From Mobula birostris (Eukaryota): a stretch of DNA of 64,000 nucleotides. Numbering within the stretch: the first letter of the stretch is position 1; the number at the start of each line of letters is the position of its first letter. Of the stretch, positions 12,520 to 24,127 are shown piece by piece. The stretch spans positions 97,797,604 to 97,861,603 of the forward strand of contig NC_092383.1 in assembly GCF_030028105.1 (NCBI RefSeq), read 5' to 3'. The translations under genes were made by a program, and so were the position numbers. The notes beneath the pieces were generated by a model. The model was not told where the DNA came from, searched no databases, and saw nothing but the letters and a program-made list of their open reading frames with translations.

Positions 12520-14080
12520 AACTTTGGAGCATGAAGGTCAACATGGCTGAGGGAGGGGACGATAGGATCAGGGTCAAAGTAGGAGAAGCAACCAGAGGAG
12601 CCATTGGGAATTGCCCCTGGAATGGTTAGCCCCAGATCATTCAACAAGCCAATCAGTATATCCTCATTTGAGTTGTTGAGCCAGCCAATCAGTGGTGGTA
12701 GGACTAATTTACTGGATGAACCAATTGGTGGCATCATACTTGAGTCAGTGCAAGAGCCAATCAGTGCTGTTGTACTGAGTCATTAGAAGAGACAAACAGT
12801 GCCAGCCTGGTTGAACCGTTCAATGAACCAATCAATGTTGCCATTGTTGAGTCATTGCAGGAGCCAATTGTAAACGCCATCAGTTGACAAGTCAATTAGA
12901 GCTGACATTTTGGTATAATTCAATGAGCTAATGAAGGCTGTTGAACTGGAATAATTGGATGAGTCCATTGGTGTTGCTGTACAAAGCTGTTGGGCTGGGC
13001 TCCAATGATGTGTCATTCAATAAGGTCACCAAGTGGCAATCCGTCTGTGGGTCAATCAGGGGGAGAGTTATTGGTTGGGAGACAATCCATATTAGTGATG
13101 GATAAGATACAATGGCTGGTGATGCTGGTGAAGAGCCAGTCATTTTGGTTATGGAACAGAGGCAATGGATGATGCAGTTGCTAAAGGACCGCCCACAGGT
13201 AACGGGTGCAGGGAGGAGAAGAGCCAGTCGTTGGGGTACCGGGGATGAGCTAATCACCAGCAAGACGGCCCAGGAGCTAAAAGGGCAGTAGGTGGAGCCC
13301 ATTGCAGAGGTGACATTGGTTGGCCACACAACGATATCAAAGCTTTTGAGCAAATCACCACCGCTGTTGCCACAGCCCCAGAGGCAATCGTGGGAGTCAC
13401 TGTCATTGTTGAAGAACCTCTTGCATATTACAGAGTCCTGGAGCCAATCACTGTTAAGGGCTTTGTCAACTAAACCAATGACAGAACCCGGCCTGGAAGG
13501 ATTGGTCTACCAAAATTCAAAGTAAAAATTATTATCAGAGTACATACATGTCACCACATACAACCCTGAGATTCCTTTTCTGTGGGCATATCGATGTCTT
13601 GGAACCAATCATGGAACTCCAATTTGGACAGATTGGCTGATGACATCATCATCTTTGATCCAATTATGTCAGTTGCTTTGGATGACCTGGTGGATGATGT
13701 CACGGTCCCAAGCCAATTGAGTTGGCTGACTTGGAGTAGTATTTAGCTAATTTCATCAGCTTGAAACTTTTAACCACAGTTTGAAAGGATTAGTCAATGA
13801 TGTCTGTGACCAATCGAAGCCGAGGGCTTGTTCGGCCCAGCTGGTGATGACATTGTTCTGGAGCCAGTCACAAATTCCAGATTGGAAGTATGGGTTAATG
13901 ATGTCTTTAGCTCTGAGCCAACCACATTGGTCGGTTTGGAAGGATCAGTCGATTATGTCAGTGTTCTGGGTCCAATCACTGTTGATGGTTTGGTTGACAT
14001 ATTCAGTGATATCATCGAACTGGAGCCAATGGTTTGGGCAGGAAGATGAAGAGGCCAGCAAATGCAGTGAGGAACTCCAT
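12520..14080 (+). pseudogene. Decayed acidic tandem-repeat coding-like sequence of unknown identity
   Basis: ORF pieces 12604-12786 (12-aa period: KPISISSFELLS/QPISGGRTNLLD/EPIGGIILESVQ) and 13828-14049 (18-aa period: EPVTNSRLEVWVNDVFSS/EPTTLVGLEGSVDYVSVL/GPITVDGLVDIFSDIIEL); broken by stops, frameshifts and an ~80-bp insertion at 13511-13590. Confidence 0.5.
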
Positions 14081-14369
14081 GGTTCTGTGGAGGGAAGGTG
14101 TTTTGTCACTGGCTGGGCTGGGTCTGTGCCCCTTACCTCCTAGCCCCAGCCTGGGGGTGGGGTTTGTGCATGAGCGAATGGATTGTCAGAGCGAGACACC
14201 ACATCTCCCTCCCTCCACACCTTCCACCCACCTATCACCCTGTGTCCTTCTCCTACTCCCCTCCGAAGTTTAGGGACACTCACTCTGACCTTCTCCCCGC
14301 AGAGACTGTCCCTCCCATTGGGGTCTCCTCAAATATCATGGGACCCCACATCTCAATCAACAGAATAAC

Positions 14370-16870
14370 ACAGCTCAGAAACGGAAACCGACCAGTCTCT
14401 GCTGATCAAGATCCCCACATGAGTCAGTCCTGTATCCTCAACCTTTCCTATCCATGTCCCTATCCGACTCTCTTTTAAATATTGTTAACGTACCTGCCTC
14501 AACCACTTCCCTTGGCAGCTCACTCCATATATGGACCGCCCTCTGGTTAAAAATAGTTGCCCCTCGTGTCCCTGTTAAACCTTTCTCCCCTCACCTTAAA
14601 CCTGTGCCCTCTGGTTCTTGATTCCCTAACCTTGGGGAAAAGTACTGTGGACATTCACCCTATCTGTGCCCCTCATGGTTTAATACATCTGTGCAAGGTC
14701 ATCCCTCAGTCTCCAACGCTCCAAGGAATAAAGTTCTAAATTGCCCAACCTCTCTCCATAATTGAGTTCCTCAAGTGCCAAAAACAGTCTCATAAATTTC
14801 CTCTGACTCTTTCTTGCAGTGAGGTGACTAAAAGTGAACACTCCAAGTATTGTCTCACTAATGTCTTGCTCAATTGCAACATAGCATCCCAACATCTGTA
14901 CTCAATGCCCTAAGTGATGAAGGCCAGTGTGCCAAATGCCTTGACCACCCTATCTACTTGTGCCGAAGGACACAGAGGGATATCGATCAGTTGCAGTCAT
15001 GGGTGGCGAAATAGCAGATGCAGTTTAATCTGGGAAAATGTGAGGTGTTGCACTTTGGGAGGTCAGATGTAAAGTGACGGGACACAGTTAATGGCAGAAC
15101 CCCTAACAGTCTTGAGCTACAGAGGGATCTTGGATTCTAGGTCCACAGCTCATTGACAGCAGCTGCACAGGCCAACAGGGTGGTAAAGAAGGAGTATGGC
15201 TTGCTTGTCTTTATTAGTTGAGGCATGAGTTCAAGAGTATATGAAGCATTGCATTCAGTTCTGGTCACCCTATTGGAGGAAGGGTGAGGGAGATTTGGAG
15301 AGGATGCAGAAGGAGTTCCCTAGGATGCTGACTGGAATAGAGAACATGAATTATAAGGAGTGGTTGGACAATTTTGGGTTGTTGTCTGGTGTCGTGGAGG
15401 CCGAAGGGAGATCTGATAGCAGTTGACAAGATCACAAAAGGCAAAGAGAGAGGAGACAGCCAGTTTCTTTTCCTCCAGGGTGCTCCAACTGCTCTGGGCT
15501 TTATGTCTATGGACTCGCTTTTGTTCTGAATGTTTTTGCTTGCTTTCATTGTTTGTAGGATGTATGTGTTTTTTTTTCTCTGTGCAATGTGTGTTTGTTG
15601 GTCTTTTTTTAATGGACTCTTTCAGGTTTCTTGCTTTGTGGCTACCTGTAAGCAGATGAATCTCAAAGCTATATAATCTATATATACTTTGATAACAAAT
15701 GTACAATCAACTTTGAAATGCCTGTTACTAGAGGGCATGCACTTAAGGTGAGGGGGGTAAGTTCCAGGGAGATGTGTAGGGCAGGTTTTTATTTACTCAG
15801 TGTGGTGGGTGCCCGGAATGTGCTGCCAGGGATGGTGGTGGAGACAGATACTAGAGAGGGGAATTTGAGACTCTGTTAGACAGACACATGAATGTGCAGA
15901 AAATGGAGGGATATGGCAATTGTATATGCAGATTATATTAGTTAAGCTAGAACATAGATTTGTAAGCACAGTACAGGCCCTTTGGCCCAAGATGTTGTGC
16001 TGACTTTTCAGCATACTCCATAATCAATCCAACATTTCTCTCCTACATAGCCCTCCATTTTCCTTTCATCCACATGCCTTAGAGTCTCATATATGTCCCT
16101 GTGAATCTGCCCCTGCTAGCACCGCCAGTAGTATGTTCCACATACCTATCACTCTCAGTGTAAAAAAGAAACTACCTCTCACACCCCCACTATACTTTCC
16201 CCTAATCATCTTATAAGTATATCCACTTGTATTTGGAAGAAAAGGCTTTGGCTGTTCACTCAATTTATGTCTTTCATCATCTTGTACACCTCTATCACTT
16301 CTCCTCTCATCCTCATTTGCTTCAAAAAGAAAAGCCCAAGTTCAGCTAATTTTTCCTCATAAGTCATGCTTTCTAATCCAGGTAGCATCCTAGTAAATCT
16401 CTTCTGTGCCCTCTCCAAAGTTTCCACATCTTTCCTATAAAGAGGCGACCAAAACTGTGAACAGTACTTCTCGTTTGACCTCATCAACGTCTCATACAAC
16501 TGCAACATCACATCCCAACTCCTGTACTCAGTGCCCTAACAGATAAACGCTAGCATGCCAAATGTCTTCCTCAGCACCCTGCCACTTTCAAGGAACCACA
16601 TACCTCTCCCCCTAGGTTCCTCTGTTGTACAACAAGGCCCAGTGCTCTGCCATCCAGTGAAAGTCTTACAATATTGGCATCCAAATTGTTCATATAGATG
16701 ACAAACAACAGTGATCCCGTACCAATCCCTGCAGCGCAACGTTGTTCACCAAATCTCCAGTTTGGAAAACATCCTTGTGCCTGCTACTACCGAGCCAATG
16801 TTGTACTTGGTCACCATTGGATCTCACCTTCCAAACCAATATATCACAAGGGCCCCTGTGGACACACCAA
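14370..16870. mobile_element. Cluster of CR1 fragments in alternating orientation, plus a short interspersed repeat tail at ~15500-15720
   Basis: CR1 3' ends on - (14370-14990; 15955-16560, ORF LQLYETLMRSN.KYCSQFWSP) and + (14990-15420; 15720-15955); RT VPQGSVLGPLLFVIY-like on - near 16690-16790. Confidence 0.75.
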
Positions 16871-17479
16871 AGCTTCCATCGCACTCCTGGGATCAGACAC
16901 AAGGTGAAACTCTACACCACTGCAGCCCTCGGACTTACAGTCGCACGTAGGACCGATCCAGTTTTGATGGTGTCTACCAGGTCTGAGATCTGGCAGAAAC
17001 TGCCTACACTGTCCCAGCGGCTGTGTCTTATCATGCTACTGGGAGACAATCAACTCTTTAGAGTGGAGGGGGGAGATTGTGAGGAGCATTTTACACATCA
17101 CTGTGGCAGGGGACCCATTTCATTCAACAGGACACCCCTCATTACCACTGTCTACTCTCCCTGCTGGACCCCAACCCTTTCCATTCATTCCCGCTGTCTG
17201 CAGTCAGCATGATCGAGGAACCAACTGTGGATTTGGTGAGGCAAAGTCAACAGAACACACAACAGTCCTCAGTGAGTGGTGGAAAGGGTGTGCTTCAACA
17301 TTTCAGAGAATCTGTCCCGAGCCAACACATCGATGCCATCTGGAAGAAAACTCGCCAGTGGCTCTACTTCACTGGGAGTTTCTGGGATCCATGATAAGAT
17401 AATCCAGTTGGTGCTGAACCAGTTTGGTCCAGATCCAAACCTTTCCAGTCCATGGAGCCATCCGAGTGTCTTTGAAACG

Positions 17480-17880
17480 GGAGGGAGGGATAGAGAAGGG
17501 GAGAGCAAGAGGTGGGAGAAATGGAGTAGGGAAAGGGGGAGTGTAGGGAAGGTAAGGGGCTGCAGAGAGAAGGGGCAAGGAAATGGGGAGGGAGGGGAGG
17601 GGATTGGAGCAGGTTGGAGAGTACAGGGTAGGGGAGGAGGATGAGGGGAGTGGAGAGAGGAAAGGTGAGGGGACAGAAAGGGAGAAGAGGTGGTGGGAGA
17701 TTGGAGAGATGGAGGAGGGGAATGAAAGAGTGAAAGGGAGGATGGGAAAGGAGGGAGTAAAACAGCAGGGGAAGGGGAGTGGAGGATAAAGAAGTGAGGA
17801 GAAGGCGGATGTGAGAGATGGGGAGGGATAGAAATGGAGGAAGGAGAAGGGTTGAGAGAAGGAGGGGGGAGATAGATGTA
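17480..17880 (+). repeat. Purine-rich (G/A) low-complexity tract
   Basis: ~400 bp dominated by G and A (ggagggagggatagagaagggg...). Confidence 0.85.
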
Positions 17881-18269
17881 CTGACTCAAGGGCACACTGT
17901 GTCTCTGAGGCAGTGTTGAAGACCAGAGAGAGGGACAAACAGGGAAAAGTTGATGTCAGGATAAGTCTGATGCCCAATTTTTGATGTGAACTGGACATTT
18001 TGGAAATGAGCTGCTCCAAAACACGAGGTGAGAAAGACACATTTGAGGAGGGAGAGCAGAAAAAATGGGAGGGATACAGGGAACACAAGACATCTCACAA
18101 TCTTTTTAGGTACCTTCTGTTGGGTTTTACAGCTTCCTGATCTTCTAGCTTATACACACACATGCAATGCAGGTGTCTCTCTCTCTCCAGGTATCTCATA
18201 CTCCCTCCCCCCGACACACATGCACAGATGCACCCCTCTGCCCCACTTGCTGATGTAAGGGAGGCTGCA

Positions 18270-18735
18270 CCAAGAGCATTGGATACAATAAATCACCCTG
18301 ACAAACTCATAGGTCAAGTATCGCCTCACCCTAGAGGGATGGTTTGGGGTCCTGAATGGTGGTGTGGGAGGAGGTGAAGGGACAAGTGTAGTACTTATTC
18401 CGCTTGCAGGCTCATGAGGTGGTAGGTAATGACAATGGGAAATGTATTGATCGCTGTTATGACAGTGGGGCGATTAGATTCCTCCTTCTTTAGATCTTTA
18501 CCTCTCCCACTGATCACCTCCCAGCTTCCCGTATCAACTCTCTCCCCCACCCACCTTCTCCATCACCTGCCTGCTTGCACTACTTCCCTCCCCCACCTTG
18601 TTCTGATGTGTCCCCTTCCTTTCCAGTCCTGATGAAATGTTGACTGTTTATTCCTTTCCATAGATGCTGCCTGACTTGCTGAATCCCTCCAGTATTTTAT
18701 GTGTGTTGCTCAAGATTTCCAGCATCTGCAGAATC
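18270..18735. mobile_element. Neptune-type Penelope remnants in inverted arrangement
   Basis: GIY-YIG piece on - (18270-18420) adjoining a + strand pLTR (18470-18735) whose hammerhead lacks stem II (ctgatgaaatgttgactg). Confidence 0.6.
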
Positions 18736-19319
18736 GACCTCTGCGTATCTACCCCACGACTCGACTAGCTGGTCATGTGTTTAAACTTTGCGACTCAACT
18801 TCCAGACTCTCACAGACCCACGACCACTGTGATCATGGGTGTGTGTTACTGGCCCTCATGACTCACACCTGTACAGATCACTGACCTGAGATTCGCCTAC
18901 TCAGGGATGTGATCTCCACAGTGCCTGCTGAACCAACCTCCAGGATAACTGTCAGTCTTCATTTACTGACACTGCCCCTCATCCCTGCCCCTAAAATCTA
19001 ACCTGACTCCAAACTCCCAGCTCTGTCCTACAAGCCTAATAAAAATCCCTACAAACCTAACAAACAATTCAGCTGCGACCTCAGACACTCCAGCTCAGCA
19101 CTATCGAAGTGGATGCCCTCAAGGCCAAATGAAATCTATCCCAGGCTAAGGAGAGAGGTAAATGAGGAGATTACTGCTGCTTTACCAAGCTCTTTAAACC
19201 CTCATGTGCCAAAAGCAAGGTTCCAGGGTACTGGATACAAGCAGATGTTCTGATATTCAAGAAGAGAGACAGGGATAATCCTGGAAACTATGGACTGGCG
19301 AGTCTCACATCAGTAGTAG

Positions 19320-19640
19320 GGAAGAGAGTACTGTGAAGAGTTTTGGGCACCATAACCCCTCCCCACTCACCCCTCCCCCCTCACCTCTGTCCTCCCCAAT
19401 CTTCCTCCTCAATATCCTCTCAAACTCATTCCTTCTTCTTCTCTCCTCTCTCCCTTCCACATTCATTCCCTCTCTAACCCTTTCCCCTCCCTTTTTCCTC
19501 ACCGTTCCCTGATCACTACTGCCCCTCCCACTTTTTTCTCGTCTCCCCTCCCACTGTCACCACTTCGCTCAGCTCACTCGCTCCCTCTGCCCTCCCTCTC
19601 CTTCCGTCCTTTCCCTAATCCCTTTTGCCCCTCCCCCCTC
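19320..19640 (+). repeat. Pyrimidine-rich (C/T) low-complexity tract
   Basis: ~300 bp of mostly C/T. Confidence 0.8.
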
Positions 19641-20700
19641 TACCACTCTCATCCTTCACCACCTCATCTGACCTTCCCCTCTCTAAGGTGGACTGGTCTG
19701 TCCTCAGCAAGGGACTTACCTTTGTCCCCAGGTGCCCACACCTCAGTGAGCTTTTCCTCCAACCCATTCACATCTTACCCTCCTCCCCCCACCCTCCATT
19801 TTCCGCAGGGATTGCTCTCCCCGACTCACTTGTGCCTCCCCACTGATCTCCCTCCTAGCATTTATCCTTGCAAGAGGAAGAAATGCTGCACCCACCTTTT
19901 CGCCTCCTTCCTCCCTCACCACCATTCAGAGCCCCAAATCATTCATGTGCCTATGTCCTTCCAGGTGAAGCAACATTTCAAGTGCAAGACCCTCAGGGTC
20001 ACCTACTGAATCCCTTGTTATCAGTGTGGCCTCCTCTGCATCAGTGAGACATGAGTAGATTGTTGAGCATCTTCACTCTATCTGCAACAGAGAAGATTTC
20101 CTGGTGGTTAACTATTTTGATTCTGCTCCTCATTCCCATTTCAACATGTTGGTCCATGGCTTCCTCTACAGTCACAATGAGTCCAAACTCGATCAACACC
20201 TCATATTCATCTGGGTAGACACCAATTTTACAACATGAACATCGATTTGTTCAATTTACAATAATTTCTCTCCCCCCTCCTCATTTTCCATTCGCCATTT
20301 AGCTCCCCTCCTACTCCTCTTCTCAGTGTCTATCATTCCCCTCTGGTGCCTCTCCATCCCTCTCTTCCATGGTCTTACTCTCCTTTTCTATAAGATTCCT
20401 TCTTTAACCCTTTACCTCTTCCACCTATCAACTCTTGCTTCTCGCATAATCCCCCTCCTCACTCACCCACCTTCCCCCTCACCCTGGTCTCACCTGTCAC
20501 CTGCCAACTTGTACTCCTTACCCTCCCCACACCTAGTTTCTAGCTTCTGCCACTTTTCTTCCAGTCCTGATGAAGGTTCTTGGCCTGAAATGCCAAATGT
20601 TTATTCCCCTCCATAGATGTTGCCTGACCTGTTGAGTTCCTCCAGCATGTTGTGTGTGCATTGCTCTGGATTTTCAACAACTTCAGAAACTATTGTGTTT
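19640..20700 (+). mobile_element. Decayed Neptune-type Penelope 3' half with pLTR
   Basis: VLSKGLTFVP, PPxAF.RD.SL.D.LV, C.RKKC.T, decayed GIY-YIG, pyrimidine spacer and hammerhead remnant CTGATGA 20567-20573 / GAAA 20587-20590 (GAAATGCC instead of GAAACGTC). Confidence 0.7.
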
Positions 20701-20869
20701 ATGTTTTGAGAAAGTACAAGGGAACAGGTCCACAGCAATGTTTTGAGAACTCAGTGTCAGAAGCAGCCTACGGCCTGCATAGTCCTCCATTTTTCTAAGA
20801 TTCTATGTAAGAACTTCATAAATGTTCCTATGCCATCACCACGTGCACCCATCACTCTCTGTGCTAAAA

Positions 20870-21420
20870 TACTTACCTACGATATCCACCTTATACTTTC
20901 CTCCCAACAACTTTAAATTAGTAAACTCTTCTCGGGCTTCCATCCAGGTACAGGTATTGATTTTAACCAACATTTCAGTGACAAACACTGCCATCTTCAT
21001 CAGAGATGATGCCTGCGCATGTCTAGTCCAGTGGTATTTATACCCCCATCATTCGCCCCTCCTGAACGTTTAGTTCTCATCCAATCATCTTTCCACTGCC
21101 CCACTTTACTTACAATCAAATTCTAGTTCTTACTTACACTGAGGCCTTCATCTTTGTTAAAATTCTTTTCCTCTAGTTTTATTTTTATGGCTTCCTCGCT
21201 CTAAGTAACAACTGGAATTTGATTGTAAATAAGGTGGGACAGTGGAAACCTGATTGGATGAGGATTAACCAATCAGGAGGGATGGACGCTGGGGGTATAA
21301 ATACAATGGACTAGGCATGCCCAGGCATCAACCCGGATGAAAATGGCAGAGTTTGTCGATATCTGTAACCGGCAGGAAGCCCGAGTAGAGTTTATCTGTG
21401 ATATACACCGGGAAAGCACT
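20870..21420. mobile_element. Head-to-head inverted pair of Poseidon-type Penelope pLTRs
   Basis: 20870-21180 is the reverse complement, and 21190-21420 a direct copy, of 5690-5950; both hammerheads decayed. Confidence 0.75.
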
Positions 21421-21950
21421 AGATCCTTTCCAACCTTAAAATTATGTCCTCTGGTATTTTCCATTTCCTTGCTGGGGAAAAAGTCTCTGGCTATACACTC
21501 AGTCTGTGACTATTATCACCCAGTACACCTCTATCAAATCACCTCCGATCCTCCTTTGCTTCAAAGAGAAAATTCCGCTTCATCATCCTGTCCTCATAGC
21601 ATACGCTCTGTAATCCCGGTATATCTCCTCTGCACTCTCTCTAGCTTCCACACTCTTCCTATAATGAGGCAACCAGAAGTGAGCACAATACTCCAACTGA
21701 GGACTAACCAGAGTCTTACAGAACAATATTACCTCACGGCACTTGAGCACAATCCCCTGACTAATGCAGGTCAACACGCCATGTGCTTCATGAACAACTT
21801 ATCATCTTATACAGCAACTTTGAGGAATCTAGGGATGTGGGCCATGAGATCTCTCTGTTCCCCCTCACTGTTATGAATCCTGTCATTAACCCATATTTTG
21901 CCTTCAAATTTGACTTTCAAAAGTGAATCACTTTACACATTTCTCACATC
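21420..21950 (-). mobile_element. CR1 3' fragment
   Basis: ORF 21583-21777 KCREVILFCKTLVSPQLEYCAHFWLP; NTRGHNFKV. Confidence 0.75.
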
Positions 21951-22972
21951 ATGAAGACCCAAGAGAGGCTGGGCCTGGCTCATCTCCGACCCCTGGTCAG
22001 ATTAGCCCTCGATCCCCTGCAGTTTGCCTACCAGGAGCACACTGGAGTTGACAATGCTGTCACCTACCTGCTGAACAGAGCCTACTCCCTTTTGGCAGAA
22101 CTACGAGGATCATGTTTTTTGATTTCTCAAGTGCCTTCAATATCATTCTGCCCTTATTGCTGGGGGAAAATCTCCATTCAGTGCAGGTTGACGCTTCCAT
22201 TGTATCCTGGATAATGAACTATCCAACTGGCAGATCACAGTTTGTGTGGTTTCAGAGCTGTCAGACATAGCTATAAGCTGCAGTGGGGCACACTTCCTGT
22301 TTACCCTGTGTACCTTGGACTTTAGATACAACAGTGAGTCATGTCAACTGCAGAAATTCTCTGATGACTCAGCAATAGTTGGGTATATAGAGGAAGGCAG
22401 GGAAGTGGAGGACTTTCGTCAAATGGTGCAAGTGGATAATCTGCAGCTCAACATCAGTCAGACAAAGGGATGGTGATCAACTTTAGGAAGACTAAGCCGG
22501 CATGCTCCCTGTTACTATTGATGGTGAGGGCCTACAAGTACCTGGGGGTGCACCTGGATGACAGACTTAAGTGGAGCACCAGCATAGATGCTGTGTACCA
22601 GAAGGGCCAGAGTTGCCTCTACCTCCTGAGGAGACTGAGGTCCTTTTGAGTATGCAGGCCTCTCTTTCACATGTTCCACCAGTCTGTTGTTGCCAGTACA
22701 ATCTTTTATGCAGTGGTATGCTGGGGCAATGACGTCAATGCGGGGTGATGCCAACAAGCTCAATAAACTGATTAGAAAGGCTGGCTCTGTTATAGGAGTC
22801 AAACTGGACACACTGAAGGCTGTGGTAGAACAAAAGATGCTATGGAAATTCCTGGCCATTCTGGACAATCTTTCTCACCCTCTGCATGCCACCTTGGCTG
22901 AACAGAGGAGCATTTTTAGTAGTAAACTAATACAATTGTCCTGCTCCAAATAGCACTATATGAGGTCACTCG
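21950..22972 (+). mobile_element. Rex1/Babar RT 3' fragment (different subfamily)
   Basis: LDPLQFAYQ..GVDNAVTYLL, LQKFSDDSAIVG, YKYLGVHLDD, KLNKLIRKAGSVIG, LDNLSHPLH. Confidence 0.8.
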
Positions 22973-22974
22973 GG

Positions 22975-23245
22975 GTATTTTTAGCTTTCTTAAGGGGTAC
23001 AGGGGTTTTTTTTATAGGATATGATGGATAAGCAGGAATAGGGTACTGGGATGGCCAAAGATTGGAGGATAAAGTGTAGGTTAGGGTATGTGTGTTTGTG
23101 TGTGTGTGTGTGAGAGAGAGAGAGATTGGGTGAAGGGATTTAGAATGTAAGTCTATTGCACACTCCGGAGCAGAAGGTGGCGGTAATGCACCATTAAGCT
23201 GGGTGCCAACCGCCGTAAAACAAGACGGAGAAGTAGTAGTTGTTC
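22975..23245 (+). mobile_element. Nimb/I-clade LINE 3' terminus (ORF2 end, 3' UTR), inverted relative to the Nimb body at 24128-31392
   Basis: VFLAFLRGTG.F.RI-like ORF end; GGCGGT...AATGCACC...GGTGCC-AACCGCC stem-loop and (aag/tag)n tail; internal (TG)n(AG)n at ~23090-23125. Confidence 0.6.
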
Positions 23246-23394
23246 CTTCATGCCCCCCACACCGCTCAATCTTCCACTAACTCACTCTCACCCCACCACA
23301 AGCAGCCTCCAGCGGCCTCAGGATGAGCTCTGTGAGGTGTCATTAGGTGTGTAGGAAATCGCCTTTACGCTCGGTTTGATGTCGCTAACTGAGT

Positions 23395-24125
23395 CACCGC
23401 TACAAACTGGTCATCTCTGAAGCTGTGGTACGCAGATGTTTCCAATGAGTGGCTAGTCAGAAGGTTGCGGGACCGGACGGCATCCCAGGGCAAATATTCA
23501 GAATGTGTACAGCACATCTGGCAGGTGTGTTTACCAACATTTTTAATCTGTCCCTCTCCCAGTGTACATGGAACATAGAATAGTACAGCACAGTACAGGC
23601 CCTTTGGCCCACAATGTTGTGCTGACCATCAAACCCTGCCTCCTATATAAGCCCCCACCTTAAATTCCTCCATATACCTGTCGAGTAGTCTCTTAAACTT
23701 CACTAGTGTATCTGCCTCCACCACTGACACAGGCAGTGCATTCCACGCACCAACCACTCTCTGAGTAAAAAACCTTCCTCTAATATCCCCCTTGAACTTC
23801 CCACCCCTTACCTTAAAGCCATGTCCTCTTGTATTGAGCAGTGGTGCTCTGGGGAAGAGGCGCTGGCTATCCACTCTATCTATTCCTCTTATTATCTTGT
23901 ACACCTTTATCACGTCTCCTCTCATCCTCCTTCTCTCCAAAGAGTAAAGCCCTAGCCCCCATTAATCTCTGATCATAATGCATACTCTCTAAACCAGGCA
24001 GCATCCTGGTAAATCTCCTCTGTACCCTTTCCAATGCTTCCACATCCTTCCTATAGTGAGGCGACCAGAACTAGAGTGCCCTCCTGCTTCAAATCATCCA
24101 CCATTGTCACTAAAAAAGGCCAAGA
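23395..24125 (+). mobile_element. Rex1/Babar RT fragment split by a CR1 insertion
   Basis: KVAGPDGIPGQI...LAGVFTNIFNLSLSQC (23395-23567) resumes as RVPSCFKSSTIV at 24074. Confidence 0.7.
23568..24073 (-). mobile_element. CR1 3' fragment nested in the Rex fragment
   Basis: ORF 23629-23940 RMRGDVIKVYKIIRGIDRV...RFFTQRVVGAWNALP; tail gtactattctatgttccatg. Confidence 0.9.
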
Positions 24126-24127
24126 TA

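Noticed and set aside
17269-18088. 208-aa and 239-aa Pro/Ser/Leu-rich ORFs and their Gly/Glu-rich antisense ORFs
   Set aside because: Translation of a purine/pyrimidine low-complexity tract
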